This document shows, in pieces, positions 30,472 through 40,622 of a stretch of DNA of 64,000 nt. Source of the stretch: Fuerstiella sp. GTDB taxonomy: Bacteria > Planctomycetota > Planctomycetia > Planctomycetales > Planctomycetaceae. Positions within the stretch are counted from its first letter, which is position 1. Each line of letters opens with the position of its first letter. The notes under the pieces are model-generated. The model saw only the letters and a program-made list of their open reading frames with translations. It was not told where the DNA came from and ran no database searches. The position numbers and the translations under genes are program-made. The stretch is from contig JAAERP010000192.1 of NCBI GenBank assembly GCA_024230215.1, positions 1 through 64,000 of the forward strand. Direction: 5' to 3'.

Positions 30472-31041
30472 TTAGGCAGGCTGCATGCTGTTGACGAGTA
30501 CGTCGTGGAGGCGGTGTCGGGCGGTATGCAGACGTCGTTTGATCGTTCCGATCGGACTGTCAAACACAACGCTCATTTCCTTCAGCGACTGACCATCAAA
30601 GTAGAAGGCCATCAGTGTGCGCCGGTCCAGATCGCCGAGACGATCAAGGCCGGTGCGCAGCTGCTCTGCGTCTTCCAGTTGCATCAACTCCGCGGCTGGA
30701 CTGTCCGGAGCTTCCTGCAGGACTTCAAACGAAGCGGGCTCACAGGCCGTTTCCGGAGGACGTCGGACAGCTCGGTTGATCGACAGACGTGCTGCGATCT
30801 GGCACAGCCAGCCGCCAAACGCCTTTGGTTCCTTCAGCTGCGACAGCTTACGAAATGCCCGCAGGAAGACTTCCTGAGTCACTTCGTCAGCTTCTGCCGT
30901 ATTGCGCAGCCGCTGCATGACGATGCCGTAAATGCGCGAGTGAAACTCAATGACCAGTTCACCGAAAGCCTCTCGGTTTCCGGCCTGAGCGCGAACGACA
31001 GTATTTGTTAATGTGTCAAGAGACATGATATCAGACTCCAT
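30472..31041 (-). CDS. RNA polymerase ECF-type sigma factor
   Basis: Sigma-70 region 2 (EAFGELVIEFHSRIYGIVMQRL...DEVTQEVFLRAFRKL) and region 4 (LDRRTLMAFYFDGQSLKEMSVVFDSPIGTIKRRLHTAR). No cognate anti-sigma gene lies adjacent. Confidence 0.85.
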   Translation of the reverse strand: MESDIMSLDTLTNTVVRAQAGNREAFGELVIEFHSRIYGIVMQRLRNTAEADEVTQEVFLRAFRKLSQLKEPKAFGGWLCQIAARLSINRAVRRPPETACEPASFEVLQEAPDSPAAELMQLEDAEQLRTGLDRLGDLDRRTLMAFYFDGQSLKEMSVVFDSPIGTIKRRLHTARHRLHDVLVNSMQPA

Positions 31042-32266
31042 GTCTGGAAGGTGGCGTGGCCACCAGGAGGAAAACCGTATAATGGCTCCCGAACGAATTT
31101 TCGGTTGCCGTGAATAAAGGCATGGCCGGTCGTCGGGAACAGAAAATCACAGGGCGGTGCCGACCGCCAGCGGATGCGAGCGAATGCTCGGAAACGGAGG
31201 CAAAGTCGAATCCATCGAAACCAACGGCAACGTGACGCGGAACAAACGTCCGGTCAGTGAGCCTCGGTCTGCTGTTGAAGCGAATCAGATTTCGTCAGGG
31301 AGCATTCGCTCCGGAGAATCCGCGTGTGCGGCTGACGGGAAGCTGAGTTATTCGCTTCAGCTAAGACTTCGACCGAACGCGAGTCCGAGTAGGAGTCCCG
31401 AGACGGACTGCTGCGATAAGGACGATCCAAGCCACGGCTGTTGCCATGACGGCTGATCGTCCGAATACATCGCATGCAGTTGTCTGCCCGGGCGCCGGAC
31501 AGCACGAACGCCTATGCGTTTCGCCGCCGGTTTCTCGGATGGTCGATCTGCGACATGTGCGGGACAGGCAGGACAACCACGAAACTCGACGACGGTCGCA
31601 ATCACATTGCCGCTGGCAATTGTGGTGTTGACGGTCAGAGTATTAATCGTGTTTGTAAGCAGCATTATTCTGCCTTCCTGTAATTCGTCCCGCGCTCTGT
31701 GAGAGCAAGTACGGTTCATGATGGTGCGTCGCTCACTACCACGACGCTGATTGGCAAAAGCCACCTCAGTGGTTCATTTGGAGCTAACGCTCCATCACTG
31801 AGAAACAAAGTACTCGATAATCGACGTGTCAATCCGGCGGACGCCTTCGCTTCCACCGAACAGTTTGGCTCTTCCAATGGTCAGGATAAAGAAGGCTGGC
31901 TTCTTCATCATCTGCACTCTCAGGAAGAGTCACCCGTTTGGAAAATGAAGCGGGGTGAATGCTTCACGGGCTGGATTCGACGAGCGAACCATCAGCCCAT
32001 TTTCTGAAAACTTCCGTAATGACCATATGACAGATGAAACGTCATTATGGTTCGGGAAGTTTATCCGGTAATTCCATTTTTGGAGGGAAATTCCCAGGAA
32101 TGGATGTAAGCCGTGTTGTGGAAATGGTTTAGGCGTCCGTGTGATTGGCCGGAAATTCATAGAATCGACTCTGGCACAGCCTGCCCACCGAATTGCTCCG
32201 AGAATCATCGAACCCGACAGTTAGGGCATGTCCTGTGTTTCGCGGTCAAATGATGGTCTTCGTGGG

Positions 32267-32283
32267 GCAGGTTTGTAACCTGC
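32267..32283 (+). promoter_or_regulatory. Palindrome GCAGGTT-TGT-AACCTGC, 44 nt upstream of the FtsX-permease gene
   Basis: Perfect 7-bp inverted repeat with a 3-nt spacer in the AT-richer leader of the gene at 32327. Candidate operator or attenuator. Sequence-only. Confidence 0.25.
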
Positions 32284-32326
32284 CTGCAAAGGACTCAGGT
32301 CTTATCTCCGGACTGGTTAAACATAA

Positions 32327-35300
32327 ATGCTCTCGTACGTTTTGAACGGCATCTGGCACTATCGACGCATCAACGTTGTCGTGCTGGTTGCCGTCGCGAT
32401 TTCCACAGCGGTGATCGGTGGTTCATTGATCGTCGGTGATTCGGTTCGCTTCAGCCTGCGGCGGATGACGCAGCAACGTCTGGGACAGATCGCCCACGTG
32501 ATGAATTCGCCTCGGTTTTTTCGACAGGCGCTCGTTGCCGATATGGCTGTCGCAGATATTGAGAGTCCGACCGTCGCGAATGCGCAGGATTCGCCAGACG
32601 CACAGATCATCGAAAGTCGACTTCTTGCTCCCGCGATTTTGGTAACGGGCAGCGTCGAAGCAACGATCAGCGGACAGGGACTCCGTCGTGCCGGATCTGT
32701 GACACTACTTGGTGTCGACGAATCAGCCTGGCGTTTGCTGGAAAACGGCGGCATCCGGGCGCCACAGAATCGTGAGGTCGTGCTGGGGTTCCGGACTGCC
32801 AGGGAACTAAAGGTTGACAGAGGTGACGAAATCTCCGTCTGGGTAGAAGTGCCTGCTTCCATTCCGCGAGACAGCCTGCTGGGTGAGAGAGACGACCTGC
32901 ACGTGGAAATGGTCCTGACGGTGTCAGCGGTGGTTCCCGAAACAGTCGGTGCGTCTCGGTTTGATCTGAATCCAGGGCAGCAACTTCCGTACAACGCGTT
33001 TCTACCACTGGCGACTCTGCAGGAACGCCTTGGTCTGCAGTCGGTCGAAGCAAGCCGTCGCAATCCGGTGGCGAAACCGGGCAGGGTTAACTGCATTCTG
33101 GCGGGATACCCCATCCATGAGCCGTTATTGGTGAATGCCACAGGTGAAGAGCGGACAGTACTGGCGTTGGCTGCGGAAGGTCTCGTGGATGGCAAGGCGG
33201 GGACGTCTGATGAACTTAACAAGATGCTGTCGCAGCACCTGACGCCGGCTGATGTGGGGTTAACGATCCAAACAGTTCCCGATCGCGGTTACCTGACGGC
33301 CGAAAGCGAACGGATGATTCTGGAAGATCCGTTGGCGGACGCAGTCATGGCGGCGGCAGAAGATCTCGGCCTGAATACTGCTCCCGCGTTGGTCTATCTG
33401 GCCAACGAACTTTCAGCTGCAGATCGCGCGGACACGGAGGCAAGGTATTCGATGTACTCGATCGTGGCTGGCCTGCCATTTGACAGTGTTCCGCCGTTGG
33501 GGCCGTTTCGTCTGAACGACGGCAATGATTTAATTGATCTTGCCGATGATGAAATTGTGCTGTCTTCGTGGCTGGCGGACGATTTGCAGGTGGTCGCGAA
33601 CGATATCGTCCACGCAGCCTGGCACGAAGTTGGTAGTGATGGAGAGCTACCGGAGATCGAAAAGTTATTTACTGTCAAAGGCATCTTTGCCGCAGATGAT
33701 CCGGTAAGTGTCGACCGGAACCTGACTCCAATGGTGGAGGGCATTACTGATGTCGAATCCTTTGGCGACTGGGATCAGCCGTTCGACATGGATGAGGGGC
33801 GCATCACGGAGCGAGACCATGACTACTGGGCGCGATACCGAGCGACTCCGAAGGCGTTTGTATCTCTGCGGACGGCCGAAGCACTTTGGAACAGTCGCTA
33901 CGGAAGCTATACGTCAGTACGAATCGCGCCGTCGGCGGGGAGCGAAAAACCCACCGAAGAGCAGTTGACCAGCATTGCCAATCGGCTGGCATTTGAAATT
34001 CCTCGTCAGCTGACGCCAACCGAACTGGGGATGATGTTTCGTCCGGTCCGCGCCGAAGGTCTGGCAGCCGCCGTCGGTGCGAATGACTTCACTCAGCTTT
34101 TTATCGGCTTCAGCTTCTTTTTGATTCTGTCAGCGATTATCCTGGCATCACTCATGTTTCGGTTAGGGATTCAGCAGCGAGTCAGCCAGCTGGGACTACT
34201 GAACGCCGTTGGCTGGACCGGACAAAGGATTCAGCGACTGTTCATGCTTGAAGGACTGACTGTCTGTATCGCGGGAGCAACAGCTGGAGCTGTTGCCGCG
34301 GTGTTCTTTGCACAACTCATGATCTACGGACTGACCACATGGTGGGTCGGTGCCGTAGGAACTCAGTTTCTTCTGCTGGACGTTCAACCAGCGCGACTGG
34401 TGATTGCCGCGGTGGCGTCGGTTGTTCTGGCGGGGGCGGTTATCCGAAAGGCGTTAAGATCGTTCCGTGGCATTTCCATCCGTGATCAACTGGCAGGAAA
34501 TTCTGAGGCCGCGGAAGCGGGGACTGCACGAGAGTCGCGGTGGTCAGAGGTTGCCCGATATGTCGCAGTTGGCTCGTCAGTCACGGCGATCGCTGTTCCG
34601 GCAGCTGTGGTAGCCGGACTTGTCCCCAGCGGCGAGGCGTTCGGCGGACTGACATGGCAGATCGTTTGTTTTTTTGTCGCGGGGTTTGCCTGTCTGACGG
34701 CCGGTCTTTCATTGCTCAGCTCATCTTTGCGTCGCCGAAGTCAGAAGGAAACGATCAGTTCGCGCACCAGCGATCTGATTGGCCTGGCTCTGGCAAACGC
34801 TGCTCGCAGTCCGATGCGGAGCCAACTGACGACGGCACTGATCGCCTTCGCCACGTTTGTTATTGTTGCCGTCGGAGCAGGACGACGGAATCCATTGTCA
34901 GAGGTTCCGGATATCAATTCCGGTAACGGTGGCTTTTCGCTGATTGCGGAATCTGCCCAGCCAGTGCTGTTTAGTCTGAACACAGACGATGGACGCAAAC
35001 GTCTGGGCGTTGCCACCGAAGAATCCTCGCTGCCGAACGGAGTGAATATCTTTCCGTTTGGGATGAAGCCTGGATCCGATGCAAGTTGCGTCAATCTGTA
35101 TCAGACTCGTATCCCAACGTTGATCGGCGCTTCTGATGACTTCATTGACCGCGGTGGATTTCGATTCGCTGATACATCGGGTGAGAATCCATGGCAGCTG
35201 TTGCAGGTCGCACACGACGATACGGTCGTGCCGAATTCAGGAATCACTGTGCCAACGATCCCGGTGATCGGCGACATGAACACGCTGATGTACAGCCTGA

Positions 35301-35974
35301 AGAAGGGCATTGGCAGCACAATTCTGGTGCCCGACGAATCGGCTCCGGAATACGCCCTGGAAGTTGTGGGCATGCTGGATGGCAGCGTATTTCAGGGAGT
35401 GTTGGTCATGACGGACGCGAATCTGAAGCATATCGATCCGGACGTTGTCGGAGCAAAGTATTTCCTGATTGAAGCTCCTGGTGGCAACGCAATGTCGTCA
35501 ACATCCACGATACTGGAAAGTACACTTAACGACTACGGCTTTGACGCCGAACCCGTCAGTGAGCGTCTGGCAGGATTTCTGGCCGTGCAGAACACGTATC
35601 TGTCGACGTTTCAGATGCTGGGGGGATTGGGTCTGTTGGTCGGCACGTTCGGACTGGCTGCCGTGATGATGAGAAACGTGATGGAACGTAAGCAGGAAAT
35701 TGCGCTAATGAGAGCCGTTGGGTTTACTACATTTCGTGTTTCACGTCTGGTGCTTTACGAGAACTGCGTCCTGCTGCTGTGGGGCATTCTGCTTGGTTCC
35801 GTTTCGGCTTTGCTGGCCATGCTGCCACATCTTCGATCCACCGGAGCCGACCTGCCGTGGCAGCCGCTGGTGATCACTCTGGGCGGAGTTGCCGTCGTGG
35901 GTTCGCTGGCCGCGATGTTTGCTGTGCGTGCTGCGGCGGGAGTATCGATCCGTGATAATCTCGCCGCCGAATGA
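32327..35974 (+). CDS. Large (1215 aa) FtsX/MacB-like ABC-transporter permease with two FtsX domains
   Basis: N-terminus MLSYVLNGIWHYRRINVVVLVAVAISTAVIGGSLIVGDSVRFSL is typical of FtsX-family permeases. Two 4-TM FtsX-like blocks (about aa 590-720 and 1090-1215) are separated by large extracytoplasmic regions. Confidence 0.75.
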   Translation: MLSYVLNGIWHYRRINVVVLVAVAISTAVIGGSLIVGDSVRFSLRRMTQQRLGQIAHVMNSPRFFRQALVADMAVADIESPTVANAQDSPDAQIIESRLLAPAILVTGSVEATISGQGLRRAGSVTLLGVDESAWRLLENGGIRAPQNREVVLGFRTARELKVDRGDEISVWVEVPASIPRDSLLGERDDLHVEMVLTVSAVVPETVGASRFDLNPGQQLPYNAFLPLATLQERLGLQSVEASRRNPVAKPGRVNCILAGYPIHEPLLVNATGEERTVLALAAEGLVDGKAGTSDELNKMLSQHLTPADVGLTIQTVPDRGYLTAESERMILEDPLADAVMAAAEDLGLNTAPALVYLANELSAADRADTEARYSMYSIVAGLPFDSVPPLGPFRLNDGNDLIDLADDEIVLSSWLADDLQVVANDIVHAAWHEVGSDGELPEIEKLFTVKGIFAADDPVSVDRNLTPMVEGITDVESFGDWDQPFDMDEGRITERDHDYWARYRATPKAFVSLRTAEALWNSRYGSYTSVRIAPSAGSEKPTEEQLTSIANRLAFEIPRQLTPTELGMMFRPVRAEGLAAAVGANDFTQLFIGFSFFLILSAIILASLMFRLGIQQRVSQLGLLNAVGWTGQRIQRLFMLEGLTVCIAGATAGAVAAVFFAQLMIYGLTTWWVGAVGTQFLLLDVQPARLVIAAVASVVLAGAVIRKALRSFRGISIRDQLAGNSEAAEAGTARESRWSEVARYVAVGSSVTAIAVPAAVVAGLVPSGEAFGGLTWQIVCFFVAGFACLTAGLSLLSSSLRRRSQKETISSRTSDLIGLALANAARSPMRSQLTTALIAFATFVIVAVGAGRRNPLSEVPDINSGNGGFSLIAESAQPVLFSLNTDDGRKRLGVATEESSLPNGVNIFPFGMKPGSDASCVNLYQTRIPTLIGASDDFIDRGGFRFADTSGENPWQLLQVAHDDTVVPNSGITVPTIPVIGDMNTLMYSLKKGIGSTILVPDESAPEYALEVVGMLDGSVFQGVLVMTDANLKHIDPDVVGAKYFLIEAPGGNAMSSTSTILESTLNDYGFDAEPVSERLAGFLAVQNTYLSTFQMLGGLGLLVGTFGLAAVMMRNVMERKQEIALMRAVGFTTFRVSRLVLYENCVLLLWGILLGSVSALLAMLPHLRSTGADLPWQPLVITLGGVAVVGSLAAMFAVRAAAGVSIRDNLAAE

Positions 35975-36026
35975 ATCAGTCACCTGAAGTTTTTGGATCT
36001 GAGGACCCGCAGGAACAATTACACTC

Positions 36027-36872
36027 ATGTTCAGGTCCAGACAAATCCGTGGGGTCTTAGCAGCGTGCCTTCTGTTGTGTTGGGGCATGTGCTGGCATAA
36101 CTCGCCGGCGGACTCGGATCGCACCGTGACGAATCCTGGCCAGGACGCGGATGCGTTCACATTTGTTCGCATAAAGTACGACAGTACGGGTGGGTACGGT
36201 GAATCGTGGTACCGCCATGAAGGTCGCGACTGGGATCGCTGGGAAACAGACTACCCGCGTGCCGAGATGAACCTGATTCCAAGACTGACGGAACTAACAT
36301 CAGTACGCGTGAATCCCAGGCCGATTGTATTGCAGCTGACAGACACCGAACTGTTCGACCATCCATTCATCTTTATGAGTGACGTGGGTTGGATGCAGCT
36401 TTCGTCTGTGGAACGCGTAATGCTGGAACGCTATCTGAGTGCGGGCGGATTCCTGTGGGTCGATGATTTCTGGGGCGAAGCCGAGTGGCAAAACATGGAA
36501 CGCAATATCGGCAGTCTGCGGACAGATTGGAATTGGAAAGCTATCCCCAACGATCATCCGATTCTACGAACGGTATATCGATTGAAACAATGTCCTCAGG
36601 TGCCAGCTCGAATCTTCTTTGTACAGACCGGGCGGAATTGGGATCCTCCCGAAGTCCACCGTGGTCCGACGGGCGGTGTGGATGGAGTACGCAACGTCCG
36701 TCTGATGGGGCTGTTTGACACTCCAGGCCGGTTAATGGCCGTTGCCACACACAATACAGATATCGCGGACGGCTGGGAGCGTGAAGGCGAATCGAAGGAG
36801 TTCTTTGATCGTTTCTCTGTACATTCCTATGCGATGGCGATCAACGTTTTGTTCTATGCGATGACTCACTAG
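36027..36872 (+). CDS. DUF4159-like secreted protein
   Basis: Signal peptide. The motif HPFIFMSDVGWMQLSSVERVMLERYLSAGGFLWVDDFWG resembles the DUF4159 signature. 52 nt downstream of the permease. Confidence 0.5.
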   Translation: MFRSRQIRGVLAACLLLCWGMCWHNSPADSDRTVTNPGQDADAFTFVRIKYDSTGGYGESWYRHEGRDWDRWETDYPRAEMNLIPRLTELTSVRVNPRPIVLQLTDTELFDHPFIFMSDVGWMQLSSVERVMLERYLSAGGFLWVDDFWGEAEWQNMERNIGSLRTDWNWKAIPNDHPILRTVYRLKQCPQVPARIFFVQTGRNWDPPEVHRGPTGGVDGVRNVRLMGLFDTPGRLMAVATHNTDIADGWEREGESKEFFDRFSVHSYAMAINVLFYAMTH

Positions 36873-37125
36873 ACTTCGCGTTGTTCGTTGATGACGGGAT
36901 GACCTGAATCATAGTTGGCGGCCGAGTGTACTGGTGCCGGGATGGCGACCTCGAACGGATCGCCATCCTGACATTCCCTGCGTTGAACATGTCACGCCTG
37001 TCCGCACGCCTATCTGCCACCGAAGATTCTACTTTCTGGTTGGACTTGAATGTGATGCCAGGGCCGCTGTTGTGATGGTTGGCGTTCAGTGACCGTGCAT
37101 TTGACACGTGCATCCGTTCGCCGAG

Positions 37126-38340
37126 TCACAGGATCATCAGGTCCCAATCTTCGAATGCAGTGTCTGTCGCGACACAGTCCACGACCGACACTCGGATCAG
37201 TCCCCACTCTTCCCAGCCATGCTGATCGAACACGCGGTACCAAACAGAGATTTCGCCGGTGAAACCTGGATCCGGTATGACGGTCATTGAATGTCCGTCA
37301 GACAGCAACATCGCTTCGCCGTCGCACCCGCCAAACACCTCGAAAATGAGTTGTTCACCTGGAGTTTCCACATCACTGGCGTAGTCGAGCAGATCGATCG
37401 TGATCGGTGTTGACGCCTGTGTGGTGACGAAGCCGTTTGATGCAGTCGGAGCATCGTTGACAGGGACAACGTCGATGTCGACGTGGGCTGAGGCACTCAG
37501 CACTGGTACTCCGTCGTCGGTGACTGTGAAGTCGAATGACGCGGGGCCGTTAAAATTGGGGTCCGGAGTGAAGATCAGGTTCCAGCCCCCCACACTTTGC
37601 ACGACGCTGCCACCGTGCATTGCGTCAAACTGAAACTGCAAATCGGTGAGGTCGCTTTCCACATCGTCAACAAGGTCGTCTATAGAGATCCAGATGTCTT
37701 CGTCCTCGAGCATCTGGTAGGTCGCGTCGGCTGCGGTGGGAGCGTCGTTTACGGGCAGGATTTCAACCGTTACGCTGCCCCATGTTTCTGCCCCGGCCGG
37801 ATCGATGGCCTGAAACCAGATGTCGATTGTGCCGGAGAGATTGTCTGTCGGAGTGAATTCGGCCGTTTGGCCATCCGACAGGACTTCGATTGTGCCCAGC
37901 CATTCGTCAAAGAACGTAATCGACAGGTCCTGGACGGAATGGTCAGGATCAACCACGGCATCGGACAGATTGAACAGAAACGGCACATCTTCAGACGTTT
38001 GGTAAGACGGGTACAGTGCGATCGGTTCGTCGTTGATCGGCAACACCGAAATGCTCATCATTCCGGAAGTACTGAGAGCCGGATCGCCGTCGTCGGTAAC
38101 TGTCCAGCTCACGGAGGCCGGGCCTGCATAGTCTTCATCCGGCATGAACACCACGTTGGAATAGATGTCGACAATTTCCGCTGTGCCTCCGGTCACGGCG
38201 TCGACTGCAAACGTAAGATTGTCCCACGAAGTTTCAGCATCGAATCCGTGGTCGAGCAACTCGATCCACAGCTCATCGTCTTCCGACGTTGTAAAGTGTG
38301 CGGAAACGGCGGTTGGCGGAGTGTTCTGTTCCGGTGGCAA
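37126..38340 (-). CDS. C-terminal segment: tandem cadherin-like / bacterial Ig-like repeats
   Basis: Three repeats of about 95 aa (PINDEPIAL..., PVNDAPTAADATYQMLEDE..., PVNDAPTASNGFVTTQAST...). This is typical of VCBS/cadherin-like adhesin repeats. Confidence 0.55.
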   Translation of the reverse strand: MPPEQNTPPTAVSAHFTTSEDDELWIELLDHGFDAETSWDNLTFAVDAVTGGTAEIVDIYSNVVFMPDEDYAGPASVSWTVTDDGDPALSTSGMMSISVLPINDEPIALYPSYQTSEDVPFLFNLSDAVVDPDHSVQDLSITFFDEWLGTIEVLSDGQTAEFTPTDNLSGTIDIWFQAIDPAGAETWGSVTVEILPVNDAPTAADATYQMLEDEDIWISIDDLVDDVESDLTDLQFQFDAMHGGSVVQSVGGWNLIFTPDPNFNGPASFDFTVTDDGVPVLSASAHVDIDVVPVNDAPTASNGFVTTQASTPITIDLLDYASDVETPGEQLIFEVFGGCDGEAMLLSDGHSMTVIPDPGFTGEISVWYRVFDQHGWEEWGLIRVSVVDCVATDTAFEDWDLMIL

Positions 38341-40274
38341 TGGTGGATTCTCGGGCGGCAGAGGTGGGGGGGCGGAGGTGTGTCTTCGGGCGGTACGATG
38401 TCCAGGTAGAACGTGTCAACGACTGTGCCACCGTGTTCGTCAATGACGAGTGTCGAGATCAGCGCAAGACCATATAATCCATCCGTTGTCTGAATATGCA
38501 GCGAACGATCCGTTCCCGACCCTGACACAGCGATGCTGCTGTTTGGAACGTGCAGCGATTCCGACGAGTCGACCATAATTGTCAGGTCGCTGACCGCGGT
38601 TTCCACGTCGCCTATGGTGAAGTCGACAGTGAAAGACTCGCCAGCCACTACATGCCGGCGGGGCATGTCTGAAATCGTCGGACGCACATTTACCATGTCG
38701 ATCGCCGAACCATCCAGTCCTTCCATCAATGCACGGTACTTGTGAGCATCTTCAATGGACTGATCCTGGGCGGTCAGCGATCCGAAATTTCCATAGGCGT
38801 TGTCGCTGACTGCCTGCGTGTATTGGTAGTCATACATCGCGGCCACGCCCAGATCGTGCATTCCGTTAATGATCAGTCGTTCGGCGTCATAGATCCTCGG
38901 GCTGACAAACGCTTCCGTAAAGGCAGTCTGAAAGTTCGTCTCTCCGGCGTCGAAGTGCGGTCCCGATTCATACAACACCAGCGGAATCTCGCGGCCGAGT
39001 GTGGATTCGAAGCCAGAGATCAGTTCCTGGTGCTCCTGAACAAAACCCAGCGTAGTGGGAATCGCAGCGAACGCCACGTCCAGTACTTCGTCAGCCGTTG
39101 TCAGGGCAGTGAAGTTGCGTTCGTCGTAGTCCGGCGCAAAGTAGCCTGCAATCGATACAGCATCAAAGTCGTCGCCCAGATGTGTCAGAAGTTCCCGCGT
39201 CATTTCCGGCATCCCGACAGCACTTGCGACGACCCGAACGACGCGATCCTGTTGTCCGGCAAATACGCCTGACCAGATGTCGAAGTCCTCACTTATCTGA
39301 CTGGCGGCGAATTCAATCCGTCCCGGGGCGTCGTCGCCCATCGCCTTCAGCTGATCCGTGATCCAGTGGTAAGCCGGAAACCACGGTAGTGCGTTCCAGA
39401 TTTCGTTCGACCACTCGACGTTGATTTTCAGTTCCGGGTCGAGCGTGTCACGCACCAGCGTCGCGAACTTCTCGACATAGTCGGGGGTCGCCGTGTGCGG
39501 CATGTTGACCCAGATGTCTGTCTGCAGCGTGTTGGCCAGTTCAACAACGTATTCCACCGACATGCCTTTTGCCGTGGTGTCGACCTGTACCTGACGGGCG
39601 TCGGTCAGTTCACGGCGGTCCGACCATTCCAGCACGGCACCGTCTTCATACTCGTGCGTTCCCAGCATCTGAGTAAACCGCAGCGTTTCGAACGGAGCAA
39701 GACGCTCCAGGAACAGTGGATGGAACGGTGAGAAGTCTGCGTCCGGCGTCCAGTTGCGCTGTCCGGCAAAGCTCTGACCTTCATAATCGGGCATCCAGAA
39801 GTTGATGTTCTCCAACGGTCTGTCCGGGTTGATATTTCTGATTTGTAGATACAGCCCCGCACCAGCTGCGTTAACATCGATGTCCGCAAAATGGCGGCCG
39901 CCCTCCATTGTTCCCTCGGCAACAATGCTGTTGACATCCCAGTCGATCGACAGGTCGCCATCGGCAAACGTGCCGTCTCCGTCCCACTCCATGCGATAGA
40001 TTCCCGCCGGGTAATTTCCTGCACCCACGTCGTTGAACATCAGCGTCCCGATCCACTGCTGGATTTCTTCGCCATTACTGTTGGTCCATGAGTCAAGCTG
40101 GGTGGCCCAGCCGTGTTGGTCCTGAGCCACCGGTCGTTGTCCATTCCAGGTGAATTCACCCGTCGCAGTGTTGTATTCGTGCGAGATCCAGCCCCGGGAA
40201 TGTTTGATGGCGTCGGTAAACGTCCAGCCCGCCATCCAGTCGTAGACGCCTTCGACGTTGGTTCCAATCTGCAT
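38193..40274 (-). CDS. Central (putatively catalytic, glycosidase-like) segment of the disrupted secreted protein
   Basis: 693-aa ORF with no signal peptide of its own. It is W/D/G-rich, and a C-terminal beta region precedes the poly-Pro linker. Its last about 45 aa are out of the true frame. Confidence 0.5.
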   Translation of the reverse strand: MQIGTNVEGVYDWMAGWTFTDAIKHSRGWISHEYNTATGEFTWNGQRPVAQDQHGWATQLDSWTNSNGEEIQQWIGTLMFNDVGAGNYPAGIYRMEWDGDGTFADGDLSIDWDVNSIVAEGTMEGGRHFADIDVNAAGAGLYLQIRNINPDRPLENINFWMPDYEGQSFAGQRNWTPDADFSPFHPLFLERLAPFETLRFTQMLGTHEYEDGAVLEWSDRRELTDARQVQVDTTAKGMSVEYVVELANTLQTDIWVNMPHTATPDYVEKFATLVRDTLDPELKINVEWSNEIWNALPWFPAYHWITDQLKAMGDDAPGRIEFAASQISEDFDIWSGVFAGQQDRVVRVVASAVGMPEMTRELLTHLGDDFDAVSIAGYFAPDYDERNFTALTTADEVLDVAFAAIPTTLGFVQEHQELISGFESTLGREIPLVLYESGPHFDAGETNFQTAFTEAFVSPRIYDAERLIINGMHDLGVAAMYDYQYTQAVSDNAYGNFGSLTAQDQSIEDAHKYRALMEGLDGSAIDMVNVRPTISDMPRRHVVAGESFTVDFTIGDVETAVSDLTIMVDSSESLHVPNSSIAVSGSGTDRSLHIQTTDGLYGLALISTLVIDEHGGTVVDTFYLDIVPPEDTPPPPHLCRPRIHHCHRNRTLRQPPFPHTLQRRKTMSCGSSCSTTDSMLKLRGTILRLQSTP

Positions 40275-40622
40275 GTCGTGCGCCGCACCGTGTCGTCAGC
40301 GTCAGCGGGAATCTCGCCCGTCGCCGCGGCCAGCAGTTGACGGTCTTCAAGGTGTTCCAGCGCCAGCGAAGCGACGTGGTTCCGTGAACGGCGTCTCTTC
40401 TGTCGACGATTCTGGACAAGGTGGTTCAGGATATTGGTCGCGTGGAATGAACGTAGCATGTGAATCTCTCGTGAAAGTGAATGGACAGCGAAGTGAACAG
40501 GCGCGCAGAACTGGCCCGTTCGTCTCGTGATGGCGGCGCGCACCATCTCCGTGTTGATTACAGAATGAGGAAATTCAGGCTCCGGCAATGGAGCGGTTGG
40601 CAGTGACGTCTCAGGAAAGGCG

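Larger units (their letters stand above)
37126..40459 (-). pseudogene. Disrupted large secreted protein (Planctomycete LEDRQLL-type leader + putative glycosidase-like domain + tandem cadherin/Ig-like repeats), interrupted by two frame changes
   Basis: Three pieces: (i) 40459 down to about 40290, MLRSFHATNILNHLVQNRRQKRRRSRNHVASLALEHLEDRQLLAAATGEIPADADDTV (canonical Planctomycete secretion leader); (ii) ORF 40274-38193 in a different frame; (iii) ORF 38340-37126 (TTG start), whose frame continues upstream through a proline linker across a C7 tract at 38366-38372. The piece (ii) tail after the tract is Cys/His/Arg-rich nonsense. Confidence 0.5.

Noticed and set aside
32359-33222. 287-aa minus ORF within the FtsX permease gene
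   Set aside because: Ser/Arg/Thr-rich antisense artefact. The + frame carries the recognisable FtsX N-terminus.
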